Positions 13,454-26,979 of a stretch of 64,000 nt of DNA are shown here, piece by piece. The DNA comes from Chiloscyllium plagiosum (lineage: Eukaryota). The stretch's first letter is position 1, and each line of letters starts with the position of its first letter. The notes under the pieces are model-generated. The model did not search any database. It was not told the origin of the DNA and was given only the letters and a program-made list of their open reading frames with translations. The stretch is from the NCBI RefSeq assembly GCF_004010195.1, contig NC_057751.1, forward strand, positions 2,083,305 through 2,147,304. Direction: 5' to 3'. The translations under genes and the position numbers were made by a program.

Positions 13454-14128
13454 TCCATGTGTTGAGGCTTTACGAGCACATTGTGACCTTTGCAAATCAC
13501 ATTTTGAAAATTGATCTTGGCAATATTTTCTTGCAGCTAATGATGCAAAGTAATAAGCAACATGTGTTTTTGCAGTCTTCAGATGAGGAACATACTTAGT
13601 ATTTACTCTGCAACTTGACATCTGTAGGATGTTGGTCCGATCAAGTCCTGATAATGTAAGGATAAAATAATTGATTCTTATAAAACAAATAAAACTTAAG
13701 AAAATTTGTGCAAATGATTGTGTACATGAATAAATGACCACAAACCTGGGCCTGAGTAAAATTATGAACATGCTGTGTGATCATATCTGTGCATGCATGT
13801 CTGCAAAAGTGTTATGGAGACTGTAGCCAATCTAAAATAAATTGGCAAACACCAGACTGTAAATATTATATACTTGACAGACAAAAAGAGGAAATAAAAT
13901 TGCATTCCTACCACATCTTTCACAATATCACGATATTCCAAAATACCTATGCCCAATGAAGTGGTTTTGCAGTGTTTTACTGAAACTCTCCAAAAATGTC
14001 AGAAATGTCGGAAACACAAGCTGCTAATTTTCACAGAGCAAACTCCCACAATAGCAATGTGATAACTACCAAACTCTGCCTCAGCACCTTTTCAAAGATT
14101 TTCTACATTCATATGAGAGAGCAGATGT

Positions 14129-14440
14129 GGCACAGTGGCACAGTGGTTAGCACTGCTGCCTCACAGCGCCTGAGACCCGGGTTCAATTCCCGCCTCAGGC
14201 GACTGACTGTGTGGAGTTTGCACGTTCTCCCCGTGTCTGCGTGGGTTTCCTCCGGGTGCTCCGGTTTCCTCCCACAGTCCAAAGATGTGCAGGTTAGGTG
14301 AATTGGCCATGCTAAATTGCCCGTAGTAAAGGAGGAAATGTAGGGGTATGGGTGGGTTGCGCTTCGGCGGGTCGGTGTGGACTTGTTGGGCCGAAGGGCC
14401 TGTTTCCACACTGTAATCTAATCTAATCTAATCTAATCTA
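14129..14440 (+). mobile_element. V-SINE (HE1-like), near full length
   Basis: tRNA-like head (tggcacagtggttag, ggttcaattccc), V-domain core, CR1-like tail, (aatct)n; possible atgtgg TSD. Confidence 0.9.
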
Positions 14441-15029
14441 ATGTGGTCATTCCAAGGACAATTCCTCTGGAGGTTCAGAACTTGGTCAGTCCTGGACTGC
14501 ACTGACAGCTTGGACTTGTGGTCACCTGCAGCCTTGAGCCCATATAAGCTCTGACTCATAAGCAATTTCTGTGCCTTCAGAAATACGGCAAATACCTGAA
14601 ACAGAACAATGCAGAACAAATGATAATTCAATGAGAAATAACTAATGAAACAAAGAACAAGGGCTCCAAGGATAAGGCTTTGAGGCCAGGAGCAACAATT
14701 TCACAGATGAAGACAGCTTGTTTCTGTCAAACTATTGCTCAATTGAAAAGGTCAAGCCTGTATGTCAACATTGATCAATCTGTACACTTCAGAGTGACTG
14801 TAATAGGTCAGGATGCTTCAGAAACTGAAAGTAGGTCAGTTTAGCTTAATTGTTACATCTTGTAACTCTTCAAATCAAGTAATGCAACTGTGGTATTTTA
14901 ATATGAATCCAGGGATTGTTACACTATAACAATTCTGAAAACATCTGTTGTGCATGCAATGATCATCTGTGTTAACCTCGGCTGCATATTATGATGTAAA
15001 ATGAATTAAAAGAGTGACATTTTCATTGC

Positions 15030-15425
15030 ACCATTCATGATCACTGGACATTGCCAAGTTCTTTCCAGTCAATCAAGTGACTTTGAAATAAATAATTTCC
15101 GTCATGTCTCAGCCAGTTTCCTCACAGCAAGTTCTCACAAATGCAATATAATGATCTGGTGATGAGTTTTTGATGTGTGAGATGAATAAATATTGACCAG
15201 GACACCAGAGCTGAGTCCCCTGCTTTTCTTTGTATGTAATACCAGAGAGGGAACAGATTGCTCTCCCATCATAAAGATGGCATCTGTCAAAGAACAGCAG
15301 TTCCACAGAAATGTCCTGGGATATCAGTCCTGATGATCATGCTCAAGGCTTCAAGTGGACCTTGAAGATGACACCTAGGACTCTCAGTGCTAGCAACTGA
15401 GCCACAACTGACCAATGTAGCCACA
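15030..15425 (-). mobile_element. Ancient SINE remnant (DeuSINE/SacSINE-like)
   Basis: Degenerate similarity to 13955-14070, 25170-25500 and 42110-42780; family named from memory only. Confidence 0.45.
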
Positions 15426-15754
15426 AACAAAAGATCATGTTGTACCCTGTTCCAGTCCTTGAATATTTTGAAATGAGGTGAGAGTGAAAGAATGTTCATG
15501 AGTGATGGCAGTGTATTGTTTCATTTTGGACTCTGAAACAAATTCGGACATAATACATTCCAGGCACTGAACAGAAACCTGAACTAGTGATTTCTGGAGT
15601 CAAGGGTACAGAGAATTTTTGAATTGTAAATTGAGTTTTCTCAATAAAACGCGCTGGAAAGCTAAATACATTCCAAGAAGCAAATGATTCACAAGCTAAC
15701 TTTCAATCACTTGAATGAATTGAGGAAATTCATTTGTTAAATGCAACACCAGTT

Positions 15755-17545
15755 TTTTTTATTCACTCATGGGAATTGGGCATTACTGCTTGGCCAGTAT
15801 TTATTGCCAGTTCCGAATTGCCCTTGGGAAGGTGGTTGTGAACTGCTTTCTTGAACTGCTGCAATCCACGTTCTGGTTCGAGACTCACAATACCATATGG
15901 GAGGGAATTGCAGGGTTTTGACCCAGCAACAATGAAAGAAAAATATTTCCAAGTCAGAACAGTGTGTGGCTTGGAAGGGAACTGCAAGTGTTGTTTCTCT
16001 GTTTCTGCTTCCTTTGAACTTGTGGAACATCTTGGAGATCATATGAACTGCTTCTTCTGAGTATCAGTGGTGGAGTGACTGCGTGTTTGTGGAAGTGGGC
16101 TGCTTTGTCCTGGATAGTGTCAAGCGCCTGTAATCCTTTTGGAACTGCATCCATTCAGGCAAGTGGGGAATATTCCCTTACACGCTTGATTTGTGCCTTG
16201 CAGATGGTGGACAGGCTTTGGAGAGTCAGGAGGTGAGTTACTTGTTGCTGTATTCTGAGCTTCTCACCTGCTCTTGTCGCTTTTGTATTTATATATGCAG
16301 ATTGATAACCCCCAGGATGTTTGTAATGGAAATTTGTGCACCACTTTACAACCCAAGGCTAGATACTAAATCTTCTCAAAACTCGCTAGATACTGTCTCG
16401 GTCTTGTCGCATTTGAAAATGGACTACCTTAGCATCTGAGGAGTTGCAAACAGTGATGAACATTGTGCTATCATCAGTGAACATCCCCATGTCTGACCTT
16501 ACAATGGAGGGAATGTTATTGATGAAGCAGCAAAAGGTAGTTAAGCCTCAAACACTATCCTAAGGATCTCCTGCAGAGATGTCTGGAGCTGAGACAGCTG
16601 ACCTCCAATAACCACAATCATCTTCTTATGTGCCAGGTACGAGTACAGCCATCGAGTTTTCCGCAATTCCCAATGATTCCAGTTTTGAATGGATTCCTTG
16701 CTGGTACACTCACTTAAATACGAGTTCGACACCAAGGGCAGTCATTCACACCTCACTTCTGGAATTCAGATCTTTTGTACATGTTTGAACCAAGGTTACA
16801 ATAAGACGAGGACTGAATGGCCTTGGCAGAACTCAAACTAAGTATCAGTGAACAGGTTATTGCTGAGCAAGCATTGCTTAATCGTATCGCAGATGACCCT
16901 TCCATTGCCTGCTGAATGTTCAAGAGAATACTGTTGAAACGGTAATTGACTGGGTTGGATTTGTCCCACTTTGTGTCCAGGACGTACCTGGACAATTTTC
17001 CAGATAGTTGGGAAGACAGTGTTGCAGCTGTACTCAAACAACTTGGTGCAGCAGTTCTGAAACACAAGTCTTCAGTCATAGTTAGAAGATTGTTGTGAAT
17101 GCTTGAGCCTTATCTTTGGTACTGATCTGCTGGGCTCTCCCATCATTGAGGATAGGGATATTTGTGGAGTTATCCCCTTCAGTAAGTAATTTAAGTGTCC
17201 ACTGCCATTCATGACTGGTGGCAAGACAGCAGAGCTTAGATCTAATCTATTAATGTGGGATTGCTTTGCGATGTCTATCACTTGCTGCTTATGCTGTTTG
17301 ACATCCAAGTAGCCCTGTTTATAACTTCACCATGTGAATGCCCCATTTTTCAGAATGCTTGGAGCTATTCTTGGTATGCCCTCCTGAACTCTTCATTTCA
17401 CCAGGGTTGATCCCTGACTTGATAGGAACGGTAGAATGGAGTTTATGCCTGGCCATGAAGTTGCAGATTATGTTCTAGTATGACTCTGCTGCTGCTGATG
17501 GCTTGCAGTGCCTCAGGGATTCCCAATCCTGAGTTGCTAGATGTC
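15755..17545 (-). mobile_element. Old L2/CR1-clade LINE fragment
   Basis: FPTIWKIVQVRPGHK, IKQCLLSNNLFTD, LDTIQDKAA; same family as 5600-13135. Confidence 0.75.
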
Positions 17546-17854
17546 AAATCTTCTGCAACTAATGAAGTGTGAGTGCTATATGAATTGAAGTGGTTGATCT
17601 GACAAACTTATTGAGGGAAGCTCCAATTGAATTACTTATTGGGGTAAAATATTTGTCATCATGTGAATGTTATAGATGGGTTTGAGGCACACAACTGTCT
17701 CAGATTCTAAACAGTTTGCGAGTTTAATTCCATGGACATGAGTGCGCAGTCCAGGCTGCAGTGACAAACTGAGGGAATGCTGCTGAATTTAGGGTCCTAT
17801 CTTTTGAAGGAGACATTCCACTTTGTGCAAATAATGCAGTCGTACATTTTTAAA

Positions 17855-18207
17855 AATTAACTCATGGCATGAGGGTGTTGCTGGTTAGGTCAGCATTTAT
17901 TGCCCATCCCTAATTGTCCAGAAGGCAGTTAAGAGTCAACCACATTGCTGTAGGTTTGGAGTCATGTGTAGGCCAGACCAGGTAAGAATGGCAGATTTCC
18001 TTCCCTGAAGGACATTAGTGGCCCATATGAGTTTTCCCTGACAATCCACAATGGTTCATGGTCTTCATTAGGCTCTTCCAGATTTGTTTTATTGAATTCA
18101 AATTCTACCAACTGCCATGATGGGATTTAAACCTCGGTCTCCAGAACATCAGCTGAATTTCTGTATCAATAGTCTAGCGATAATACCACTAAGCCATCAC
18201 CTCCCCT
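17855..18207 (-). mobile_element. Short non-autonomous retroelement or SINE sharing head and tail with the L2-like LINE
   Basis: Reverse complement aligns by eye with 5605-5880 and ends in the caattagggatgggcaataaatgctg tail. Confidence 0.7.
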
Positions 18208-18467
18208 ATTCATAAAGAGCAAGAAGTCTTGAAGTTGATACAACCAAAAGCCATGAGAATTGTTACAAGGCAAAAGTCACAATGATGACAATAATTGATC
18301 ATCCATCTCGTTTTCTGTGTAGAAACTGGTTGTCCATGTCATGACAGTTATTGCCCTTGCAAAATTATTAATTGATTGTGAAGCAATCTCTTCCTTCTTC
18401 ATTACTGTCAATCTCAGTGACCAGTAAACAATTCAAACCACGACAATAGGAATGCAAATATGGCTGG

Positions 18468-18890
18468 TATAGTCATAGAATTTATAGAGATGGAGAGCAT
18501 GGAAACAGACCCTTTGGTCCAACTCATCCATGCTGACCAGATATCCAAAGTTAATCGAGTCCCATTTGCCAGCACTTGGCCCATATCCCTCCAAGCCCTT
18601 CCTATTCATATACCTGTCCAGAAGCCTTTCAAATGTTGTAATTGTACCAACCTCCACCATTTTCTCTGGCAGCTTATTCCATACAGGCACTACCCTCTGC
18701 ATGAAAAGAATTGCCCCTTAGGTCCCTTTTAAATTTGTCCCTTCTCACACTAAACCTATGCCTTCTTGCTCTGGACTCCCTCATCCCAGGGAAAAGAAGT
18801 TGTCTGTTTACCCTATCCACCACCTCATAATTTTATAAACCTCTATAATGTCACCCCTCAGCCTCTGACACTCCAGGGAAAACAGTGCCG
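18468..18890 (-). mobile_element. CR1-type 3' fragment
   Basis: QRVVPVWNKLPEKMVEVGTITTFERLLDRYMNRKGLEGYG. Confidence 0.85.
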
Positions 18891-19781
18891 CACATTTGCC
18901 TCTGAATAAGATTAAATATAAGATCTAGGCTATCTCCTTGATGTATTTTGAGGGGGTTTGGTCTAGTCCATAACACGGTGAGGTTTCCAGCATTTGTATT
19001 TGTGCGATCTAAGTTTGGTAAAGAGGGTCAGGGCATGGCCCTGTTAATTCAACTCTCTCACAATTTTCTCTGAAGATTTGATCTTAATAGGAGATCTGAT
19101 TTCTTTACAAGTGCAACTGTCAATGGCAACACTGTAGCTAATGGAACAGTGCAGACAATGATTGAGGACAAATTTGATCAAATTTTTCAGTGTCTGGGTG
19201 TCCACTCTCTTCCGCCTCATTCAGGGTTATAGACAGAGACCAGTCCAAGGAAATGACATGTCCCTTATTTGTGGTTGGTGATGAAGGACTAGGTTGACAA
19301 GGCAAAACAATCTGGCAAGTGCCACATTCTGTCTGTGGATCAAGTGACCCCTTCTGCCATATCCCCCAAAATTCCCGCATGTCACAAGCTATTAGGCAAT
19401 GTGCCAGGAGACCCAGCATTGTCCACAATGCTACAATCTGTGAACAGTATCCCATGGCCAGGTGTAACCCAGCATAAAAGACTGACTGGCTTTGAGGACA
19501 ATCACGTGCATTCCATTCTCTGTGCATTAATGATGCTATATATATGCAATCAAAGTGAAAATGGACCTGTAAAAGATTAAATTATGAGGTCAGAGTGCAG
19601 AAGCATGGTTTTATTGTCTCATATTTAAGACTGAGGAGCAATTTAAGGAGACGTTTCAAATGATAGCAGAATTTGATAGGATAGATTGTGACTCTATTTT
19701 TGTTGTTTTGGCATTCAGTATTACGGGGCATAACTTTAAAACGAGAGCTAAGCCATTCAGGACTGATACCTCCTGATTTGA

Positions 19782-20095
19782 GGGCAGCACAGTGGCTCAG
19801 TGGTTAGCATTGCTGCCTCACAGCGCCAGGGACCGGATTCAAGTCCAGTCTTGGGCAAATGTCTGTGTGGATCTGTAAGTGCGTGGGTTTACTCCAGGTG
19901 CTCCGAATTCCTCCCACAATCCAAAGATGTGCAGGTCAGATGAATTGACCATGCTAAATTGCCCATAGTGTCAGTTATTAGTCGCGGTAAATACAGTGCA
20001 GGGGAATGGGTCTGGGTGGGTTATTCCTTGGAGGGTCAGTGTGGACCAATTGTTGGGCCGAAGTACGTGTTTCCACACTACATGGATTTTAATTC
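19782..20095 (+). mobile_element. V-SINE (HE1-like), older copy
   Basis: gggcagcacagtggctcagtggttagc head and conserved core. Confidence 0.85.
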
Positions 20096-21535
20096 TAAAA
20101 TCAGGAAGCAAGACAAAACATAAAAGGCAGTGAAGAGCCCCTGCTCCCCCAGGAAGCTAGCCATGCTTCAGGTCAATGTAAGACTTAAACCCTCATAGAA
20201 TTTTGTTCAATAAGGATATTGACAGAACTAAAACTAAGACAGGAAAGTAGTGTTAAGGTAGAGATCGGCCATGATTTGCTTGAATGTGTAAAACAGCTTG
20301 AGGGCCGAATGGTCACACCTGTTGTTCTTTCTCAATGTTTAGTTCCTGGTCATGCAATTTGACAGGTTTTATTCGCTTGTGGATGTTGCTGGCTGGCCAG
20401 CATTTACTGCCCTTGAGAAAGTTGTTACTGCAGGGACTGTGATATTTTGTCTTTGTCAACAAACTGCCATCGAATTCCTGTCCCTGTAGCTTTGATTTCT
20501 AGGTATCTCAAGTGGGAATACTGACAGAATAAGGTGTTTTGTCTTCATCAGCAAGGAAGGGCCTTTCTCAAAGCTTCTAATCTCCAACATTCCAAGCACT
20601 GATTTCTCAATGAGTTAATTTTAAAAATGAATAAGTCAAGCCAAACTTGTACCAAGCCTTGGTTAAATCACATGTAGAATAATGACAGAGAGAGGCTTGA
20701 GAAGATTAACAAAGATCAACAGGAAGGACTCCACAATTGGGAGTTCAATGAGAGTTGTGCAGGCTGGGTCTCATTTTTCTTAAAATATGACAGCTGAGTA
20801 GTGACCAAATGGAGATCTGAAAAATGATGCCAAGTTTTGATCAAATTTCAATAGGGGTGAAGCTTTCAGTTGTGGGAAAGAGAAAAACTAGAGGCCCACC
20901 AGAACAGAATAATAGAAATAAATACAATAAAGAGTTCAGGAGAAACGTCTTTACTCAGAAAGTGCTGAGAATGTGAAATTACCACAGAGAGCAGCTGAAG
21001 TGAACAGCGTCAATGCACTTAAGAGGATGTTATATAAATACATAAGGGAGAAAGGAATATAAGGAAACAATGGTGTAGGCGGAAGAATGGGAGGAGACTT
21101 GAGTGGTGTGCAAATGCCAGCAAGAAATGATTGAGCAAAACAGCTTGTTTCTGGGCTGTAAATACTGTGCAAAGATTTAGATCAGGGCAATCCATGTAAA
21201 GGTAAAGAACATCAAGCTGTTTTGGCCTTCAGGAGCTTGTAGTTCCATAACAGAAATTTAGACATGCTGTCTAACTGAAATTTTATTGTCTTCAAATCAT
21301 TCAGCACTAGGCATCATGGCACCCAAATGTGCGATTTCAATCTTGTTGACGCATCCTGAATATCACAAGATGAGGGAGAGTGTTTTCTTTCGCTGCATTA
21401 TATGTTCAATTCAGATCAGTTATTTCAGATTGCATATGTCTATCCTGTTGTTTGGACCTGTTTTATTACCCAGCACAAGCTTCTGAATAAATCTCACTTA
21501 TATTTATCCTCCCCTCTCTATCATTGTGTTTGTAG

Positions 21536-21881
21536 GTTTGGAGCCCACTGGAGCTCGAGGAAACCAATGTTTGGATGCAGCCAAGGCTTGCAACCTGAAT
21601 GACACCTGTAAAAGATACCGCTCCATGTACATCTCCACTTGCGTCAAGCGCACCTCCACCTCCGATACCTGCAGCCGCCGAAAATGCCACAAGTCACTGA
21701 GGCAGTTTTTTGATCGCGTGCCTGCAGAGTACAGCTATCGGTTGCTCTTCTGCTCCTGTAACGACCCAGCTTGTGCGGAGAGGCGCCGCCAAACCATTGT
21801 ACCCACCTGCTCATATGAAGACAAGGAGAAGCTAAACTGCCTGGCACTTCATCAGACCTGTAAGACGGACCACGTGTGCAG
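21536..21881 (+). CDS. gfra2: Internal coding exon of a GDNF family receptor alpha (GFRA2-like), covering domain 2 and the start of domain 3
   Basis: Translates as (G)LEPTGARGNQCLDAAKACNLNDTCKRYRSMYISTC...CSRRKCHKSLRQFFDRVPAEYSYRLLFCSCNDPACAERRRQTIVPTCSYEDKEKLNCLALHQTCKTDHVC(R), with the GFRalpha Cys spacing and ERRRQT motif. Pyrimidine-rich acceptor ends tgtag at 21535 (phase 1); donor ag|gtaagg starts at 21882 (phase 2). The family call is firm; the paralog is less certain. Confidence 0.93.
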
Positions 21882-22439
21882 GTAAGGCCAGCAATCTGCA
21901 CAATTGTTCTAGCAAGGTTACTGGAGCATGTGATATACTATCACATTGGTATTAGAATTCAGTATCTGGCACTGCTGTTTGGTAACATGAGCAAATGAAG
22001 GACTGAAATATCATCTCACTGCACCTCTGGATACAGGTCAAAATTTTTGACATGAAGCCTCTCTCCTTGCCTATTCTCAGTGTTTACTCAATTCTTTTCC
22101 TGCTTATTACATGGCACTTTGAATTGTTTCTGTATTTATGCCAACTGCAGTGAGCCAAAAGAGGAGCCGTATTGTGAACCTAGAACAATCTGATACAAGT
22201 GTGCCCCTTTGAAGGTATTCAAATCAATAACTGGTGGTCTGATTAAACTGTGCAATCACTTCAGTAAGGCAAAGTACCTTCTTAATTGAATGAAACTCTT
22301 ACTCTTACTCTGATCAGTAATGGAATGGACCTTGGATGGACTTAGATGCTTCCTCTGTAGATTAACTGAGCATGAACAGGCCAACAGATGACAGGTCGAC
22401 AGTTGAGGCTAGAAACACAATAAAAATGCCTGTTATTAG

Positions 22440-24820
22440 AGTGATAGAGTCATAGCAATGTACAGCACAGAAACGGACCCTTCGGTCCAACTCGTCCATG
22501 CCGCCCAGCTATCCTAACCTAATCTCGTCCCATTTGCTGGCACTTTCCTATTCATTTACCCATCCAGATGCCTTTTAAATGATGCAATTGTACCAGCCTC
22601 CACCACTTCCTCTGGCAGCTCATTCCATACACACACCACCCTCTGTGTGAAAAAGTTGTCCCTTCAGTCCCTTTTGTTTCTTTCCCCTCTCACCCTAAAC
22701 CTATGCCCTCTACTTCTGTACACCCCTACCTCACAGAAAAGACCTTGTCTATTTATCCTATCCATGCCCCTTCATGATTTTATAAACCTCTACAAGGTCA
22801 CCCCAGCCTCCAACACTCCAGGGAAAACAGCCCAGCCTATTCAGCCTCTCCCTATAGCTCAAACCCTCCAATCCTGGTGACATCCTTGAAAATCTTTTCT
22901 GAACCCTTTCAAAGTTTACAACATCCTCCCGATAGGAAGGAGACCAGAATTGCACACAATATTCTAAAAGTGGCCTAACCAATGTCCTGTACAGCCACAA
23001 CATGCCCTTCCAACTCCTGTACTCAATACTCTGACCAATAAAGGAAAGCATACCAAACGCCTTCTTCACTATCCTATGTACCTGCAACTCTACTTTCAAG
23101 GAACTATGAACCTGCACTCCAAGGTCTCTTTGTTCAGCAACACACCACAGGATCTTACCATTAAGTGAAAAAGTCCTGCTCTGATTTGCTTTTCCAAAAC
23201 GCAGCACCTCGCATTTATCGAAATTAAACTCCATCTGCCACTCCTCAGCCATTAGCCCATCTGATCGAGATCCCATTGTACTCTGAGGTAACCTTTGTCA
23301 GTGTCCAATTGCCGACCATCAACTGCGAACATACTAACTATACCTCCTATGTTCACACCCAAATCATTTATATAAATGACGAAAAGTCGTGGACCCAGCA
23401 CTGATCCTTGCGGCACACCACTGTCACAAGCCTCCAATGACAAACAACAGTGGACCCAAACAGATCACTGTGGTACCCCACTAGTAACTGAACTCCAAGA
23501 TGAATATTTCCGATCAATCACCATCCTCTGTCTTCTTCCAGTGAGCCAATGTCGAATCCAAACCGCGAAATCACCCTCAATCCCTGTACTTTCTACAATA
23601 GCCTACCATAGGGAACCTTATCAAACACCTTACTGAAATCGATATACACCACATCAATTGTTTTACCCTCATCCACCTGTTTGGTTACCTTCTCATAGAA
23701 CTCAATCAGGTTTGTGAGGCACGACCTACCCTTCTCCAAAACCGTGTTGACTATCCGTAATCAACTTATTCCTTTCTAGATGATTATAAATCCTATCTCT
23801 TATAACCTTTGCCAACACTTTACCCACAACTCTCATGGAAGAGAATTAGGTATTATGGAATACAGGGAGAACTAGCCATTTGGAAACAGAACTGACACAG
23901 AGGTAGAAAACAGAGGGTGGTGGTGGAGGGTTGTTTTTCACACTAGATGCCCGTGACCAGTGGAGTGCCACAAGGATCGGTGCTAGGTCCACTACTTTTC
24001 ATCATTTGTATAAATGATTTGGATGTGAGCATAAGAGGTATAGTTGGTAAGTTTGCAGATGACACCAAAATTGGAGGTGTAGTGGACAGCGAAGAAGGTT
24101 ACCTCAGAGTACAACAGGATCTTGATCAGATGGGCGATTGGGCTGAGGAGTGGCAGATGGAGTTTAATTTAGATAAATGCATGGTGCTGCATTTTAGAAA
24201 GGCAAATCATGGCAGGACTTATACATAGAATGGTAAGGTCCTAGGAAGTGTTGCTGAACAAAGAGACCTTGGAATTCAGGTCCATTGAAAGTGGAGTCAC
24301 AGGTGGATATGATAGTGAAGAAGGTGTTTGGTATGCTTTCCTTTATTGGTCAGTGTATTGAGTACAGGAGTTGAGAGGTCATGTTGCAGCTGTACAGGAC
24401 ATTGGGGTTAGGCCACTGTTGGAATATTGCATGCAATTCTGGTCTCCTTCCTATTGGAAATTGTTCTGAAACTGGAAAGGGTTCAGAAAAGATTTACAAG
24501 GATGTTGGCAGGGTCGGAGGATTTTAGCTATAGGGGCTGGTACAATTGCATCATTTAAAAGGCATCTGGATAGGTATATGAATAGGAAGGTTTTGGAGGG
24601 ATATGGGCCAGGTGCTGGCAGGTTGGACTAGATTGGGTTGGGATATCTGGTCGGCATGGACAAGTTGGACTGAACGGTCTGTTTCCGTGCTGAACATCTC
24701 TATGACTCTGTGACTCTGAAGTAAGGCTCACAGGTCTGTAATTTCCAGTGTTGTCTCAACTCCCCTTCTTGAACAAGGGTACAACATTTGCTATCCTCCA
24801 GTCTTCTGGCACTATTCCTG
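22440..24820 (-). mobile_element. CR1-type fragments (22440-23440, 23440-23832, 24717-24820) interrupted by a plus-strand CR1
   Basis: Minus-strand RT peptides; host reads tacccacaact|...|gaagtaaggctc across the insertion. Confidence 0.85.
23845..24716 (+). mobile_element. CR1-type 3' fragment, nested
   Basis: SGVPQGSVLGPLLF...KFADDTKIGGVVD; tatgactctgtgactct tail. Confidence 0.88.
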
Positions 24821-25169
24821 GAGACTATGTGTCAGAGTATCACAGTGTATTGGATAAAGTTGAAGTAAGTAAATCTCTGATCACTGACAGTTCAGGTATT
24901 GGAAATAACTTGGTAACTCTTTGCATGACAGAAAAGTTTTGTGGGTACATAGATTTGTCACATTCTTTCACCTGACATTTTTCCTCTCTTATAACAGTGC
25001 TAATTTCCACCTCTTTTCCTTCCAAGTCCCTGTTCAAATTCTATCATGGTACTTTTCTCTTCCTCTCCCTTTCTCATTTGTTCTTGCTTTTCTCTCACAA
25101 ATGCTTCTTGTGTCCTTTTATCTGTTTGATTCAAATTGATGGACTTTGGCTGATTATCAAATGAGGGCA

Positions 25170-25500
25170 CAGATATTCAGCATAGTTCAATCAGTATTAC
25201 TCTCAAATCTGAAGCACAGGTTCCAGGTTCAATTTCAATCCAAGGCTTGGGCAAATAAAAATGGAGGCTCACACACCAGTGCTCAGCACTGTCAAAGATG
25301 CTATTTTTGAATGAGATAATAAATTGAGGTTCCATCTGCCTGCTCAGGCACATGTCATAGATTCCATGGCACTATTTCAAAGAAGAGCAGGGAAGTTATC
25401 ACTAGTGTTCTACCCAAAGTGTATCTATACCACAAAAATCATTATCATATTGCTGACCACAATATTAATCACTGGTGGATTTTGCATGTCTGATCATGAT
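25170..25500 (+). mobile_element. Ancient SINE remnant (DeuSINE/SacSINE-like)
   Basis: Decayed tRNA-like head (ggttccaggttcaatt) and gattccatggcactatttcaaagaagagcagggaagtt core. Confidence 0.45.
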
Positions 25501-26834
25501 TCTGACACAACCACAGCCGAAGTAAAAGAATTAAGACAAGAAGTATTTTCTACCCAGTGTCAAACTACTATCCAAAGCCATGCTCTACGGGTTCGAAAAA
25601 GTGAATTCATTAATGTCTCCAAGTTTCCTTTGGGAAACCTCTTAATGTTAGGCGGATGTCAGTGAATTAAAAACGAAAGTTTGAAAGCATGTAAATATAT
25701 TTGACCCAGTTCAGAGTATTCAGCTAAATCTAATACTTGAAAAAGATTGGGGAATGGTGTTCCAGAGTGGCTTGTATTGTATCATGATCACAAGTCTCCT
25801 CATCACAGTTCTGGATGTTAGTACATCTGCACACAGACTCCACAGCATTCTCAAAATCATCTTATACTTGTCTGCTGGTGCACTGTGCACTGGTGTCAAT
25901 ATTCCAATTATCTCTTCATTTTCACTCTGTCACCTTTCTTTCTCTTCTCAGAAAATTAACACCTATTCTAATTTTTCCTTCTCCTTTTTCATGTGTCGTC
26001 TTCCTTCATCCCTTCATTTCTTCCTCTATGCCTCTCTAATTCCCACCTTCTCATTCATGTTTTGGAACCAAGGAAGGAGAAGTGCATCGTTTTTCTCTCT
26101 TTCCACAACTCCACAGATCACAACATGAATTAAATTCTTTTCACCCAAGTCCTGATGTCAATCACACACTCCTGTCTAACAGACATTGGACACAAAGTTC
26201 TACCAGCTAGGTTTGTTTAATAACTTTAATCCCAACAAACTTTTTCCCAAATAACTTTAATCCCAACAAACAGACACATAATTGAAACATGAAAATATAA
26301 ATGTTACCCCTCTAAATTACACAAATCCCACATACAAACAATATGTGAAAAGGGAAAAAAATGTTCAGGCTTACATTGGATAAAAACACTTTTGGTCAAT
26401 AACATTTAGTTTTTGAAGGATAGAAAAGGATAAGGTGTGGAAGGTTCAAATGGCTGTCAAACTCACTTTCGGGAATACAGAGCTCGATCAGCAGACAGGG
26501 TATTTATCTCTTGGGTCTTGACAAACATAGAAACACAGTATCAAAATGTCTTTCAATTGCTCTTCAAGAAGACAACAAGGTTTCACGGTGGATTCAACTG
26601 AAAATGAAAATGAATAACTGTATGCGAAACAATATTCAAAGAGAATAGTCATTAAAACCAGTCAGGCAATCTTTAGCAAGTCCAGTAATTACCTGAAACT
26701 CTGAGGTTTGCAATAAATGCCTTGCTTAAAAACAAATTGATCATGCCTTTTCATGAACATTTCCAAAAAAAAACCCAACAAGCTATTTTCAGAGATTATG
26801 AGTCTCATGATTCTTCTGTGCAACTGAAACTCAA

Positions 26835-26925
26835 AATTCTGAAGAGCCATGGGACTTGAAATATTAACTCTGTTTCTCTCTCCACAGATGTTGCCAGACA
26901 TGCTGAATTTCTCCAGCATTCTCTG
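26835..26925 (+). mobile_element. Old PLE pseudo-LTR remnant
   Basis: ttctgaagag...gaaatattaactctgtttctctctccacagatg; related remnants near 510-620, 11200-11330, 29885-29970 and 41580-41670. Confidence 0.55.
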
Positions 26926-26979
26926 TCAATGTGTGTATTTACATTTCCAAAAAGTGTCTGATGAAATGACACATTAAAA

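Noticed and set aside
14129..14200. tRNA gene-like A and B boxes
   Set aside because: This is a SINE head with no complete cloverleaf
19138..19580. Overlapping ORFs with a faint Harbinger-like CARRPSIVHNATI peptide
   Set aside because: Too short and degenerate; no other DDE motifs or terminal inverted repeats found
26219..26271. Short direct duplications (aataactttaatcccaacaaac twice; similar cases near 51574 and 62301)
   Set aside because: Ordinary local slippage duplications with two units only
26100..26800. Possible solo LTR
   Set aside because: I could not identify TG...CA ends, a TSD, a PBS or a PPT
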